Positions 51,150 to 64,000 of a stretch of 64,000 nucleotides of DNA are shown here, one piece after another (positions within the stretch are counted from its first letter, which is position 1; every line of letters starts with the position of its first letter). Origin of the DNA: Carcharhinus amblyrhynchos (taxonomy: Eukaryota); assembly GCA_965287045.1 (NCBI GenBank), contig OZ336880.1, positions 46,562,001 through 46,626,000 of the forward strand, written 5' to 3'. The notes beneath the pieces were generated by a model that was not told the DNA's origin, did no database searches, and worked only from the letters and a program-made list of their open reading frames with translations. The position numbers and the translations under genes are program-made.

Positions 51150-53800
51150 GTGAAGGGAATAGTCACTGTACACTATTTCTGGTACATAGTTCACGTGATA
51201 AAGTTTCTTCTCTTTCTAGCATTTCAATTTGGCATCTTTTCCATCGACCCTGTTATCATGTTAGTTACTGTGCATTTCTATTAGCATGACTATTTCGGCA
51301 ATTCTGTTCTGGCATGTCATCTCAATTTCCATCTCTGCCTGAATTGTTGCTTTGTCTAGTTCTCTCTGACATAACCCCTTCAACTCGGTGGCTTCATTTT
51401 CCAATCTCCTTCTTTTGTCTTCTGTGTCAGTTAATTTATGTCTTGGACACGAGTGGTTCTTTACTCCATCATTCACTTCTAACAACATTTGATAACAATC
51501 TCTCCCTTCTCATGCTTTGCATATTTTCAGAGAACTGACTTTTTTTTGTAGCTGCAACTAACTGTATTTTTATGTTCAATATTTCTTCCTTTTTTTTTAA
51601 ATTAGGCATTTCTTTTGCCAACTTGTTCAACAGTTGTGTCCTCTGTTTGGGTTTGTCCATTGCTATGTCCCCCACAGCACCATCAAATACCTGACAGTTT
51701 CTGCCTTTCTGCAGAATTCCAATTTCTCCAGCTCATTTGTGTATTCCACACGACTGGTAGTTTGGTTATTGAATTGGACCTCTGGAGAATTCCCAATATG
51801 GCTCTGGTGAATAACAGCTCTCCTCCAATTTCTGCTTCAACAGTACAATGATTCTTGCTGTAGACGATACAGGATGTCCTACATGAGCACCATGGACCAA
51901 ATCTTTAATGCATTTTACTCTGAGGCTAGCAGTTCTCTTACCGATCACGAAACCAATAACATCCATGAAATGGGATTTCCTTAGCTCTTAATTTCCATGA
52001 AATGACCTGTCGCCGAATTCCACTTGCACTTATTGTCTCAACCCTTTTTACCTTATATTCATCTCTTCATGCTCTTACTCCAGTTCCTTCATTACTTGCT
52101 GGTGAATGTTTCTTACTGAGCCTAATAGAATTCCTAACTATTTCCACCTTTTTCATGGTGCTCGATTTTTTTCTTAGCTTTGATGTAGCTGAGCCGCTTC
52201 TCATTTACATTAGGGGTCATAAACTTTTAACTTATCTTCTAATTGCTGTAATTTTCAGTGACGTTTATCCAACTTTTTTTTTCCCCTTCACTCTTAACAC
52301 TTCTGATGCGGCTTCTCTTACTTTCTGAATGATTACAGCTTTATTGTTTGCATGTAGATTATTGCAAAAATGTTCACGCTTATTCCAGTACAAAAGGATG
52401 GCACACAACTCTTTCTTTAGGTCTGTATTTAGTAACTTAGGGTCTTTTGTTGCCCTTCTTTTGGCTGTCTCCCTCTCCATGGTTTCTTAGCACCCTTCCT
52501 CTCAGGGGACTGCTACTACCTACTGCGAGTATGGCGTTGCCTCTTGCTTGAGACTTATTACCTCCTCTGAGCTTCAGTGTTGCCTCTTTCTTGAGGTCTT
52601 TATTTTCTTCAAGGTCTTGCATTGCTTACAGACCCCCTCTTAAGAGGGGCCCTCTCTTTTTAGAGTTGCTCTCTGCTTTGCTCTTCGCAGATTTTCCTGT
52701 CCCTTGTCCTTTGTTCCTTGTTATGGTCGTTGCATTAAATCTTGTAAACTTTGAATGCATTACCTCTTTACATGCATTATTGCTTTAACTGTCAAAGTTT
52801 TTTTTTAACTGCCACAGTTGCCATTCCTGACTGTCTGTGCTTTTCCCACACCTACGGGTTTTGATGAGAACTTATGTTTGGACTTTTTTTTAGAAGTTTC
52901 GAAACCTTTTCAGCTAGTGCACGTTTTTTTATATCAATTTCTGCAGTTTTCCTTTTTTTCACCCTGCCAACAGCAGAATTTCTTTCCTGCTTGTAACATC
53001 AAGCTTTTTGTCAATTTTACCACTGGCTCTAGTTGGGAGTTTTTTAAAAAAATTTTCAAGCGGTTAGCACTGCTGTGTCATAGTGCAGAACCTTAGGTGA
53101 CTGTCTGGGTTTCCTCCAGGTGCTTTGGTTTCCTCCCATGGTCCAAAGATGCGCAGATTAGGTGGATTAGCCATGTTAAATTGCCCCGATGTGTCCAAGG
53201 ATGTGTAGATTGGGGATAAGCCATGATAAATGTGTGGGGTTATGGGGATAGAACAAAGGGGAAGGCTTAAGTGGGTTGCTCTTTCAGGGAGTTAGTGCAG
53301 ACTCAATGGGCCAAATGCCCTCCTTTTTCACTGTAGCGATTCTATGATTTATTTTCAAACAGATGTCAGAAACTCCCAACCCGCAGTCCCTCAATGCAGG
53401 GACTGCTACCAGGGACACCCCATAGGCTCTGTTCAGATCAGTGGCCCTCGTCTTAGCCTTTTCATTTCCTTGTGCTTTTGGGAGATGTCCTGCAGTTCCT
53501 TGGGGCATTTTTTTCCGTTTTTACTTCTGAACTTGTTTAACTGGAGCACATCTCTTTCTTTTTCCAGATTATCTTTAAATCTTAAACAGTTTCAAGCTGG
53601 GTATATTGCCTTTTATACTCCTGTCCTGTCTGTTTTATTAAAGTTTCTTTTATTCTAAGGCTCCTGGACATTGATCTCTCTTCGTTAAAATTTTTCTTTT
53701 ATATTTCCAAACCTCTTTATTCACTGGCCACACTGGTTGCATTCCTTCGAATGCCTCTCAGGGTCTGACACAAGGTCAACAACTCTTCACTGAGTCGATA
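51150..53800 (-). pseudogene. Decayed K/E-rich coiled-coil ORF with a KH-like motif, origin unknown
   Basis: A run of minus-strand ORF fragments (KRRRLENEATELKGLCQRELDKATIQAEMEIE; LLNKLAKEMPNLKKKEEILNIK) plus EIP/MDVIGFVIGKRTASLR. Interrupted by a SINE. Confidence 0.4.
53060..53347 (+). mobile_element. HE1-like V-SINE with internal deletion
   Basis: GGTTAGCACTGCTG head, GGTTTCCTCCCATGGTCCAAAGATG core and CACTGTAGCGATTCTATGATT tail. Confidence 0.85.
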
Positions 53801-54038
53801 TCCCTCTTTTCCAACTTCAGTTAAGCCAGGTATCACAGGTAGGTTATCAGTAGTTTTGAGAGCACTGTGTCAGTCTGCTGTCTGTGTTGTTAGTAAAATT
53901 TAATGAGTGCTGAGTTAATCAGTTGTCAGTGATATGGGATGGCTGTTCATGAGGTGGGAGACAGGGTGTGATAATACTCAAGGAAGTGGGCCTGACAGAC
54001 TGTGTGGATGAGACCCCAAAAGAGAAAGACAACAAGGT

Positions 54039-54039
<1 letters not shown>

Positions 54040-54110
<71 letters not shown>

Positions 54111-54111
54111 G
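54040..54111. repeat. (GT)n microsatellite followed by a poly-G tract
   Basis: About 26 GT units with one interruption, then a G run of about 18. Confidence 0.97.
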
Positions 54112-54854
54112 CGGTGGAGGAGTTGGTGGTGATGGTGGTGGGGTTGACATAGCATGAGAAGAATGGTGCCTATTAGTCTTGCCTATCCCTAATGCAGAAA
54201 ATAATTATTCCCTCAAACATTGCTGACACTCATGCTCATTAAACTAATCGGCCCTCGTGAATTAACTCTTCATGTCAGCTTCTGTAGTGACTTGAAGCCC
54301 AACTGAAAAAAAAATGTTACAGAATGCAAACTATGACGTACAAACACAAGTCCCTGTTCAGGGCTACCATTCCGCAGGCCCACTTCTGGGCCTGCCTTAC
54401 AAAAGGTTCAGGTCATGAGTTCCAGTTGCACAAGCCACTGCCTGTTACTAGGGAAACTCATACTCAATGAGACCCACAGGGAGATCAATTAGTGATTTCC
54501 CCACGGACCTCCTGGGGGTTATCACATCCATCTCTCCCCTCCCCCAGAGTCTAAAAATTCTCCCTCGCTCCCATGGCAATGGGACCTTCCCCATGGCCTT
54601 ATCTCAATCGCATATAGAATCTGGTTGAGGGTGCATGTAATGGATAGGTGAACACCTTTTGTCAAAAAGGCGCTACAGGGGCCTTGTCCTTGATGGTGAC
54701 CTCTGGCTAGGTGTCCACTGCCTCCACTTCCATGTCTGAGCCAGAATCCTTATCCTCAATATGACTGGCTCTTGAGTTTTTAGAGAGCAGAGTTTCCCAT
54801 GTATAGGCCAGCGTGAAGGGTGGAGGAGAAGATGGGCTGCTGGGGCAGGCAGCT

Positions 54855-56390
54855 CAAGGCATTCGCGTCGCAACATGTCTCCCTGGATGATGTTCTGAGG
54901 TATATTCATAGGTAACTAATAATAATGCCCAGCATTGGATACAGGCTGACGCGAAGGGAAGAATCACCTTGTCTTCCTTCACGAGGCCCAAAAGAAGTTT
55001 GTGATCAGTTACTATAATGAAATGCTGACCGTGGACGTACTGGTGGAACTTTTTCCACCAGAAACACCATGGCCAATCTTTATTTTTGATCTGGGCATAC
55101 TTTCTCTCTGCATCCGAGATGTGTAAGCGATTGGACATTCTGCCCTATCATATTGCTCCTATACCATAGGAGAAGGTGTCTCAAGTTACAATGAGTGGTC
55201 TCAGGGAGTCATGACGGGCTAGAATATTGGTTGACAGCAATTGCTGTTTGACACATGCAAAGGCTTCCTCTTGTGGCCTTTTCCACAAGCATTTCTGATT
55301 CTTTTTTTAACAATGTGGAGAGTAGCCAGTAGGATCGCCGTTCCGTATGAATTTTCCATAGTAATTTATGAAACCTAAGAAAGGCTTCAACTCTGTATGT
55401 TCCTTAGAGTCAGAGCTCTTCCTATGTCTTTACCTTCTCTTTGACAGGGTATAATCCACTTTTGTCAACTCTGTACCCAGTGTTGACAATTCCCTTATTT
55501 ACCATGAACACACATTTTTCCTTTTAATCGGATGTCAGCATCAAATAAAATCCATAAGACCTCATCCAAACTGTCCAAATGTTCCTTTGCAGTAGCTCCT
55601 GAGATTAAAACATCATCCAGGTAGACTGCCACTCTGGGCACCCCTCGAAGGATGTTCTCCATCACCCTTTGAAAAATGGCACTTGCCAAAGACAACCCAA
55701 AGGGCAAATGAGTATTCTTGTACACTTCTTTGAGAGTATTTATAGTGACATACTTCCTGGATGACACCTCAAGCACTAGTTGGAGGTAGGTGTGGCTCAT
55801 GTCTAATTTATAAAATATATGATACCCAGCCAGCTTCGCATACAAGTTTTCTATGTGTGGCCAAGGGTATCTGTGTAAGCAGGAGGCTCTGTTGCTGCAA
55901 ACTTATAACGGATGGACCAAATTGTTAGTTTTTAAAACTGAGATTGCTGGCATGGCCCATTCTGAAAATTGTACAGGGTACATAATGTCAAGTTCCTTTA
56001 GACATTCCAATTCAGCCTCTACTTTGGCATGTAGGGCAGAGGGGACCAATCGTGCTTTGAAGTATTTAGGTTGGGCTTCGCATAAATCTTGGCCCTAGCG
56101 CCTCTAATCTTCCTGAGGTCTTGGAACACTTCAGAATACTTCCCAATGACTTTGTATAAATTGCCACCACCCATTTTAAAGAACTGTTGCCAATACAGAT
56201 TGATGGCCAGTCCTTTCCAAATAGTCTGGGCCCTGATCCTTGCACCACTAATAGGGGGTGTTCAACAGGCTGGTTGCCTGTGAGTAACTAGGGTTACAGT
56301 GGCCTCAACAATACGTAAAGCCTCCCTAGTACATGTAGCCTTAGTGTCCCAGTCTTAAAAACAAAATGCTCAATTGAAACCTCCTGTCAA
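54855..56390 (-). mobile_element. Ty3/Gypsy LTR retrotransposon pol remnant (RT and RNase H)
   Basis: YAKLAG..IFYKLDMSHTYLQL, LPFGLSLASAIFQRVME, VAVYLDDVLISG, and RNase H KKFHQYVHGQHFIIVTDHKLLLGL...IQCWALLL. Frameshifted, with no LTRs seen. Confidence 0.92.
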
Positions 56391-56639
56391 AGACCCTAGT
56401 GATGGGAGGGGACAACCAGATAGGATACCAGAGGTGACTCTGAAGGGGAAGGCCACTGACCCAGACCGGTAAAGTAATGAAGATGGAAGGGTACCTGAGA
56501 TGTGAATGAGTGGTATCCCCCAGATAAGGTGAAGGACTGGCTACTTTCAGGATGGGAGGTCAGTGGGTGAGAGATTCTAAAGTTAGGCACTGGAGGACCA
56601 ACCTGACAGTTTCTCTCTCTCTCTGATCCCTCACAGTTA

Positions 56640-57215
56640 CTGATGGAGATCAGAATGGATCCAGTGGAGCTGGCAATTCTGCCAATTACAGCGCTGGAGG
56701 AGCAGAGACTCTAGCAGCAATGAGCAATGACACTCAGGGGACACTCAGCACCTGGAGACGACAGGACAGGCTCAAGGCAACTGTAGCCAAACAGGGGGTT
56801 CGAATGTGAATGAGACTGAGGGTTTACAGGACCCATTTGTTCTTCATGGAGCTGTCAGACAACATGTGTCACAAGAGACTCTGCCTCTCCAGGGAGAGGA
56901 TGTGGTATGTATGCCACATTCTGTCCAATTTGGTGCCATATGAAGGCAGAGGGCATCCTCCTCCTGTGACTGTGAAGGTCATAGCAACCCTCAACTTCTA
57001 TGCTGTGTGTCCGTACCAGGGCTCCATGGGTGACATGTGGCATTTTAGTCATCTGCCCATAAATGCATCTGTGAGGCCACAGATGGACTCTGTAGAAGGG
57101 CATCAGACTTAATTTCAACCTGGACTAAGTCCAGCAGGACAAGAAGTCTGTGGGATTCTTCACCACAGTGTGTCTTCCACAGGTGCAGGGGCGGTCGACT
57201 GTACTCATGTCACGA
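56640..57215 (+). mobile_element. PIF/Harbinger (HARBI1-like) transposase N-terminal remnant
   Basis: RLCLSRE, PVTVKVIATLNFYA...QG..GD, then LPQVQGA/VDCTHV (family motif GFPxVxGAIDCTHV) across a frameshift. Confidence 0.8.
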
Positions 57216-57489
57216 CGCAGGTAGAAAATCCAGAGAGAATCGGGAAATGCAGGTTTCCATTTTTACTGTCCTTTTGTGGATGCCAAAAATCTGATTGCCA
57301 CCATAATAATGCTGAACACTGATAGATTCAGTTCCAGTTGTCACAAAACCTGGGCTATTGACTGAGAAAAAACGTAAACAGTATGCAATATAAATGTGAA
57401 CTGCATAAAGGAAATCCTGCTTTCCTTAAAAACACAGCTCACAGATAACTTGTCCAGTTCATACAGGATTTAATATTTTGAAATGGTCA

Positions 57490-57605
57490 TTGTTATGAAT
57501 GTTGACTGTTTCGCTCCACAGGCACTGCCTGATTATCTGAGTTCTTACAGCATTTTTGCTTCTTTATCAGATTTCCAGCATCTACAGTATTTTGCTTTGG
57601 TATTA
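57490..57605 (+). mobile_element. Common shark short repeat (related copies at about 31700-31790, 45650-45735 reverse and 48370-48460)
   Basis: CTCCACAG..CTGCC...CTGAG....CAGCATTTT...TCAGATTTCCAGCATCT.CAGTATTTTGCTTT recurs four times. Confidence 0.65.
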
Positions 57606-57999
57606 ATATTTTGAGTACTATTACCTCAAATAGAAAAAGGAAGTATGAGAAAAAGTGGTAATAATTAAAAAAGAAAGGAGAAAGCTAAAATGCAGGACAG
57701 AAGTCTCAGCATAATGCTAATCTCATATCTAGGCATTAGCTAAACAATTCTATATATTCACAAGTTATTGGTGTAGTTTCAATATTGTGGTTTTCTGAAT
57801 AGCATGTCCATTTTTTACCTCTCACTGTCTCTCTTGCTTCTCCCAGGGTTTTTTGCCCTTTTTGAGTCTTCGCTTTTTGTACAGGTACATGGGACCCATG
57901 TGCTGTTAGTCATGCGCCTGGGCCTGACCAACATAAAAAATCCAAACCCCGAGTGTTCAGCTCTTTCTCGGCAGCTGAATTCATCACAGTATATAGCAC

Positions 58000-58302
58000 A
58001 GCATAGCATCCTACAGTGCAGAAGGAGGCCATTCAGCCCATCGGGTCTACACTGATCACTATCCCAACCAGGCCCTATCCCCACAACCCCATGCATTTAT
58101 TCTAACTAGTCCCCTTGGCACTAAGGGACAACTTAACATGGCCAATCCACCTAACCTGCACATCTTTGGAATGTGGAGGAATCTGGAGCCCGGAAGAAGT
58201 CCACGCACACCATGGGGAGGATGTGAACATCTTTTTGTGAATGAAGCCAGAGAACCTGGGTCCCTGGCGCTGTGAGGCAGCAGTGCTAACCACTGTGCTG
58301 CC
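58000..58302 (-). mobile_element. HE1-like V-SINE
   Basis: Reverse head GCAGCACAGTGGTTAGCACTGCTGCCTCACAGCGCCAGGGACCC and reverse tail ACAGTGCAGAAGGAGGCCATTCAGCCCATCG. Confidence 0.9.
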
Positions 58303-58469
58303 TGTCAGTCGGGAGTTTCACATCAGTAGGGGGAAGAAGGCATGTTTTAAGCTTGCCAGGGATGTTGGCTGCAGACTGCTAGGCATGCGCCCTAATATCC
58401 CATATACTGGGTGCAAGTGTGTGCAGTGTATGGGAGATCTGTCCACACCCCCCCCCGATTGGATGAAAT

Positions 58470-59425
58470 GTATGAAATTGAGGAAACTAGATAGAGCAGA
58501 TACCATGAACCTGTTGTCCGTGATTTGAAAGGCTCATAGCAGGAACATAAATTTGATAATAAGTAGCAGATTAGAGAGGATTCGAAGGCAAATGTATTCA
58601 CCAGTTGGGTGATAGGGATCTGGAACTCACTGCAGAAAGGGTGGTAGAGATGGAAACTCACATGACATTTTAAAAAAAACTTGGATATACACTTGAACTA
58701 CATGACTGTAGAACATGAGTTGGTGGTGAAAAAGTTTATTATTGTCACAAGTTGGCTTACATTAACACTCACACGAGGCTTGAGGTTCATTGGCTCTTGG
58801 AGATGCTGACCACAGAGCTGAAGACAAAGGTTAGTTTTAGTTTAATTAAATTAATTTTTAATCATGTTGAACATTTTTTGGGACGCAATTCGTGGGTCTT
58901 CATGGCACAGCAGTGTGCCACGGCACTGTTGTAAAGAATACAGGCCCAGGGTCCTCAATATTTCCTCCCTCCTCAGGAATCAGTCCATTGAACCTTCTAG
59001 GCAAGTATATTCTTTTTTAGGGAAGGAGACTAAAACTGCACACAATATTCCAGGTGCAACTGCAGCAAGATTTCTTTACTCCTGTACTCAAATCCTCTGG
59101 CAATAGTGGCCAACATGCCATTTGCCTTTCTAATTTCTTGTCGCACCTGCATGGTAACTTTCAGTGATTTGCAAACGAAGACATCCAGGTTCCTTTGGAC
59201 TTCCCCATATTGCACCATTTAAGAAATGCTCTGCATTTCTGTTTTTCCGTCCAAATTGGATAATTAGATATGTTTCCACATTATATTCCATCTGTCATGT
59301 TCCTGATTATTCACTTAACCTGTCTAAATCCTCTTGAAACCTCTTAGCATCCTCCTCTTAACTCACATTCCTACCAAGTTTCACGTCAGCAGATAATCTG
59401 AAAATATTGTATTTCGTTCCCACAT
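58470..59425. mobile_element. Two CR1 fragments (3' end on + at about 58470-58720; RT on minus at about 58940-59425)
   Basis: GGGATCTGGAACTCACTGC on +. The minus strand encodes VQRNLDV.V..SLKV..QV...IRKANGMLA.IARGFEYRSKE.LLQL. Confidence 0.8.
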
Positions 59426-60327
59426 CGAAGTCCTCCCCAGTGTTAAGAACCCTGCCAATGTTAAATGTGAAGGTATTTCAAAACTTAGGTGGGGTAACTT
59501 GGAACACCAGCTCTTAGAGGTGTATATTTTCAGTTTAGTATTATATCAGAAAGATATGCAAACCAGAGAGGAATCTTGTTGTGATCAATTAAGAAAGAAT
59601 ATTTATTAACTTAAAAGAAAACACACAAGGATTATTATACACAACAGTACATTTAACAAAACTAATGAAACCCCCACTGAAATTCCCCAGACAAGGTAAA
59701 TCAGAAATAGTCACCAGCTAATCTAATAAACTTTACTATTAGTAAATCTCTTAATACTAGTAAAACCCTACAATTACTAAAAAGCCGAAGATGTGATAGA
59801 TAAATGAGAAATTATTCACCAACTAAACAACTGTCTGTTTTCCTGTCATGTCACACTTGATTTTTCTCAGGACATGGTCAGTTTGCTTTGGAGTCACAGA
59901 TTGGACTGGATTGAACTGTCCACCTCTTGCTCATTTCTCTCAGTGCTGCTGGTTGTCATCTCACCCACTCCTTGAGGTACCTGCCTCAGTGGCCTCCTCA
60001 AATTGCAACATATGGCAAAACTCACTGATCGCTTCCTCTGCAAAGTGGAACTTCTGCAAGTACTGCTTCTAGGACAATCTGAGGTACGAGCACCTCACTG
60101 TATGTTCTGGTATAAGAATACTGGCAACTAGGTGTCATGTATAGTCTATGGCCTGGCATCAGATCATTACTCTTCCTTCATCTTTAAAAAGATACAGAGA
60201 AATATACGTGGGGCAAAACATTTCACCGTGGGGAGAGTTCAAAGCAATGGAGAAGTTTAACAGAGATGGATACAAAGCAGCCCTGGCATATAAAGGTACA
60301 GAGCTGCAACAGCAGCACAAACACAAT

Positions 60328-60535
60328 TGGCAGGATTTTCCCATCCTTTCCACCTGCAGGATCTTCCACAACAGCTGAAGTCCATCCCTGGCACTGATTT
60401 CCCAGCAGCAGGGCAGACAAGCCATGCAAAATTCTATAGGCTTCCGCAGGATTGAAAGATTCCACTGGCGGCCAATTGAGAGCCGCCTTCACTGCAGGAA
60501 AACCCACCATGAGGGGGCCTCAAAAATCCAGGCCA
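60328..60535. mobile_element. MITE with terminal inverted repeats (Harbinger-like)
   Basis: Left end TGGCAGGATTTT; the right end AAAATCCAGGCCA reverse-complements to TGGCCTGGATTTT. About 208 bp and non-coding. Confidence 0.65.
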
Positions 60536-61512
60536 ATATGACAAAAACTGCCAAATCTGAGTAGAGAATGGGTTTTCTGTAAATTCTTAAGTATGTGCTA
60601 GTCTATCGAAATTGATGGCCATTTGGCAACGTTGGAAACATGTTTTACATGAACAAGAACATGCCTTGGCACAATAGAGATGTTAATGACAGGAAATAAT
60701 ATGTATAGAACCACCACCTCTCATTTAAATATGTCCATCCTAAAATGGGCAAGTACAATGCTCTCCATTGTAAATGCCAGACAGACAATGGGATCAGTCC
60801 CAAGTGGAAAATCCTGGATAAAATGTTTGCAGCCTTTTACCTGATATGCATATGAACTAATTTAGATTTTGAAGCATTAAGAGCAGGTCCAACTGCATTG
60901 CAAAATGAAGTGACAATCTTGAAAAAAATGCAAGTTGCAATAAACTGCATTTGCGGCAGTAAGTTACACCCACTGATGGTTGGCTGACTTGTACACCCCA
61001 GTACATTTTCATTATTCTCATTTTAATGTGTCCCCAATGTGCTTAGAAATTGGAATGCAGTCATTAACAAAGGAAATTCTGGTTGAAGATTGCTGATGGA
61101 ACAGTAGGTAAGTAGCAAAGTGCTTGACTCACTTTAATCAGTTTTGGATTGGCTGCCTCATAAGTATTATTGTAATTTTTCAAGAATGAGCAGCTGGTAG
61201 AAGAGCATGTGAAAGGTGCAGAGGCATAGGAAAGAATGCACAACTTTAACAAGTTGGACCTGCAAACCCTCCTCGATGACATAAAACAAAGGGAACCCAT
61301 GTCAAGTAGCATACAAAAAAAATTGTGTGTCATTTGGAGGAAATGGCACTGTCATTGAGTGTCAATTTTCACTCTTCCAGTGAGTATCAATTTCCACCCC
61401 AGAGCTCCAAGAGATATTTGGAATTGGATGCGGAAGCAGGGTTGGGGAGTTAGACTGGGATGCAACAAGCGGTGGGTTAATAAAGGAAGAGGATAGTGGT
61501 GCTCATTGGGTG

Positions 61513-61997
61513 GTTCACTAGGCTGATACTGAGATGAGGGGGTTGAGCTATGAAGAGAGGCTGAACAGACTGGGTCTGTACTTGTTGCAGTTTAGAAGGA
61601 TGAGGGGGGATCTTATAGAGACATATAAGATAATGAAGGGGATGGATAGGGTAGAGGTAGAGAGATTCTTCCCGCCCAGAAAGGACAGCAGGACTAGAGG
61701 GCACAGCCTCAAGATAAGGGGGGAGCAGTTTAGAACGGAGTTGAGGAGGAACTTCTTCACTCAAAGGGTGGTGAATCTCTGGAATTCTCTGCCCGTTGAA
61801 GTGGTGGAGGCTAGCTCGCTAAATATATTTAAGACACGGGTAGATAGGTTTTTGGTAGGCAAGGGAATTAAGGGTTATGGGGAGAGAGTGGGAAAGTGGA
61901 ACTGAGCCACTACAGATCAGCCATGATCTTACTGAATGGCAGGGCAGGCTCGAAGGGCTAGATGGCCTACTCCTGCTCCTATTTCTTATGTTCTTAC
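61513..61997 (+). mobile_element. Young 5'-truncated CR1 LINE
   Basis: Open frame MRGLSYEERLNRLGL...IKGYGERVGKWN*, highly similar to 42450-42920, with an ATTTCTTATGTTCTTA tail. Confidence 0.96.
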
Positions 61998-64000
61998 GGT
62001 TGTTGAGGTTGCATTCGGATGTTGACATTGTGAGCAGAGATCAGGGGTTGCAACTGGATGGGGGACAGGCAATGTTGCAATTGGAGAGCTGAGATCAGAC
62101 TCAGAGAGACGAGCAGCAGCTGGCAGCCACAGTGGTCCACGTAGCTTGAATGTGGAGCGTAGCCCTGTCTCTCTCGGTTCCATTTTCAGTTATGTATATT
62201 TTAAAATGTTTCCTTTTAGTCAGCAGCCCACAGCCATCTCTTTAAGGACCGCCTGTTACACCACATATGGACCTGGTTTTCCTGAACAAAGCGGCACCAG
62301 TGCTCGCTGCCTCAAGGCAATCTACATCATGCAGAGGGAGCCTCAAACAGTCATAATGCTCCTTATTTGCATATGTAAAGAAAATATTTTAGGCGTGAGC
62401 TTTTTTTTATATATACCAATAAGCTGGGTGGCACACTTCCGGCTTGTAATAGGCATGCACTTCCTGGCTGTCATATCTGGGACTTAATCACTAGAAAAAC
62501 AGGGACAGTGCCATCAAATGTTTGTGTCCTGGCCCTGAACAGATAAGTCCTTATTTCTCTTAAGGCTCCGTAGGGTAAAGTCTGTTCCATTTCCCAGCTG
62601 ACTCCTTCCACCCTTGACTTAGCTACCATTGTGTGCCAATCCTCAGCAAACCTACTGCATTCCACTCTCAATAATAAACTATGTTCCATTTCTCCCTGTT
62701 TTTTTTCCCCCATTTCTCAATTAAATAGAGACCATCGGATATCTATATAAAAAAGTCGTATTTTACAAAATTTCAATTCTTTTTTAAAAATCTCAACGAT
62801 GACTGATCATAAGCTAGTCTTGGGGTGGGGAGGGCAGGGTTTGGTACAAGATAAGGCCCCACGTTCACACTGCTTTAGAAGCCATAATGCTTTCACAGAT
62901 GATGTCACGGAGCAACATAAGGAATATACGATGCCTTCATAAACTTTTGAAATTAATGTATCCCCAATTATGCAATGACTTTATAAAATAGATCGGGATT
63001 CTGAAATAACAATTTTAAAAAGTGCTTACATTTTCCTTGCCCTTTGTTAATATGATTTTGGTCAAGTTTAGTTAAAAATTTGTGTAATAATTGAAAATTT
63101 TTGCAGCAGCATATACTACAACAAAAATAACTGACTGTGAAGATATAGGTAATAACAAGCTATTCCAATTGTTAGAAAATCAGTAGGTAGTATTCTTCAT
63201 TTTGCTGCCTTTTTTTCTTATTAGATAAATCAATACCATACTTTATTGCAAAAAGCCAAAGACAGAAACAAAAACAGCCACCCAGAATAAGTAAAAGCTA
63301 TCTCATTATTTGTGACTTAAAAAAAAACAACTAGGGCACATTTCACAATCAATTGTGAGACCAAATGCATTTTTCTGAATAGAAAATTAACACACTTTCA
63401 AAGCAGGCGACTTGAAACAGAGAAGGTGCCAACTGCAGTTTGAGGGTATCTGAATGTGGTATATGCTGGTTTATGGTAAAGAGTTAACTTGTAGACAAAA
63501 AAGGAAGGGAGGTCGGCACCCAGCAGCCACTTGAATGTGAGTTTTTTTTTGTTTCCCTTGATGCATACCGAGCTCTCCGTTATTAGTCTTAATGATGGAA
63601 AATTGTAGTGTTGATACAAATCTTTTTTTTAAAGCAATGGGCGGGAGCTCCATTTGTTACTAAGTTCTTTGTGACTGAAAGCCATGGATTGTACATCTAC
63701 TGCAGAAAAGGCTGGATGCTCTTTCCATAGCACAGCTAATTACTCCCACTGTGACCTTGCTGATCTGCAATGTCCCCCCCTACATCTCATCTACACGCCT
63801 GCTTCTGTGTGTGCATGGTGTCAGAGAATATGAAAAACCATATAATGAAAGCAGTTTCATGATGGATAAAAGGCTACTGGAGTTGCACTTGGTACAAAGG
63901 AGGTTCAATTATATGAGTAATTGTGATAATTTAGCCCATTCATAGACCCTTACTTGATCAAGAATGAGACTCACAAAGGAAAATTACTTTAACAGGAAAG

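Noticed and set aside
53919-54155. His/Pro/Thr-rich ORFs
   Set aside because: They are translations of the (GT)n and poly-G microsatellite.
56810-57112. Host HARBI1 gene
   Set aside because: The sequence is fragmentary and frameshifted, one of several Harbinger relics in this intron.

Overview
Vertebrate nuclear DNA, almost certainly from a shark or other elasmobranch. This is inferred from HE1/V-type SINEs, a Deu-domain SINE and abundant CR1, L2, Rex1 and Harbinger repeats. The only host gene found is the 3' part of METAP1D (mitochondrial methionine aminopeptidase) on the minus strand. Four coding exons (98, 48, 79 and 85 nt) have GT-AG boundaries and splice in frame to a stop at 9398. No upstream exon was found, so the intron from 21644 runs past the window end (>42 kb) and is mostly nested transposon remnants. 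Downstream of the gene, about 3.5-9.7 kb is a repeat-poor, AT-rich but CpG-retaining domain. This fits the upstream regulatory region of DLX1, which follows METAP1D in jawed vertebrates; DLX1 itself is not in the window. A 3.4-kb C-rich minisatellite fills 1-3450. The most notable items are: a U2 snRNA-derived element with a 13-bp duplication at the Keno/Utopia target position; a minimal hammerhead ribozyme motif in a Penelope-like repeat; a near-complete Ginger2-like transposon with TIRs; a clean internal inversion in a CR1; and a decayed KH-like plus coiled-coil ORF. Most ORFs in the supplied track are artefacts of repeats or low complexity. All alignments and counts were made by eye.
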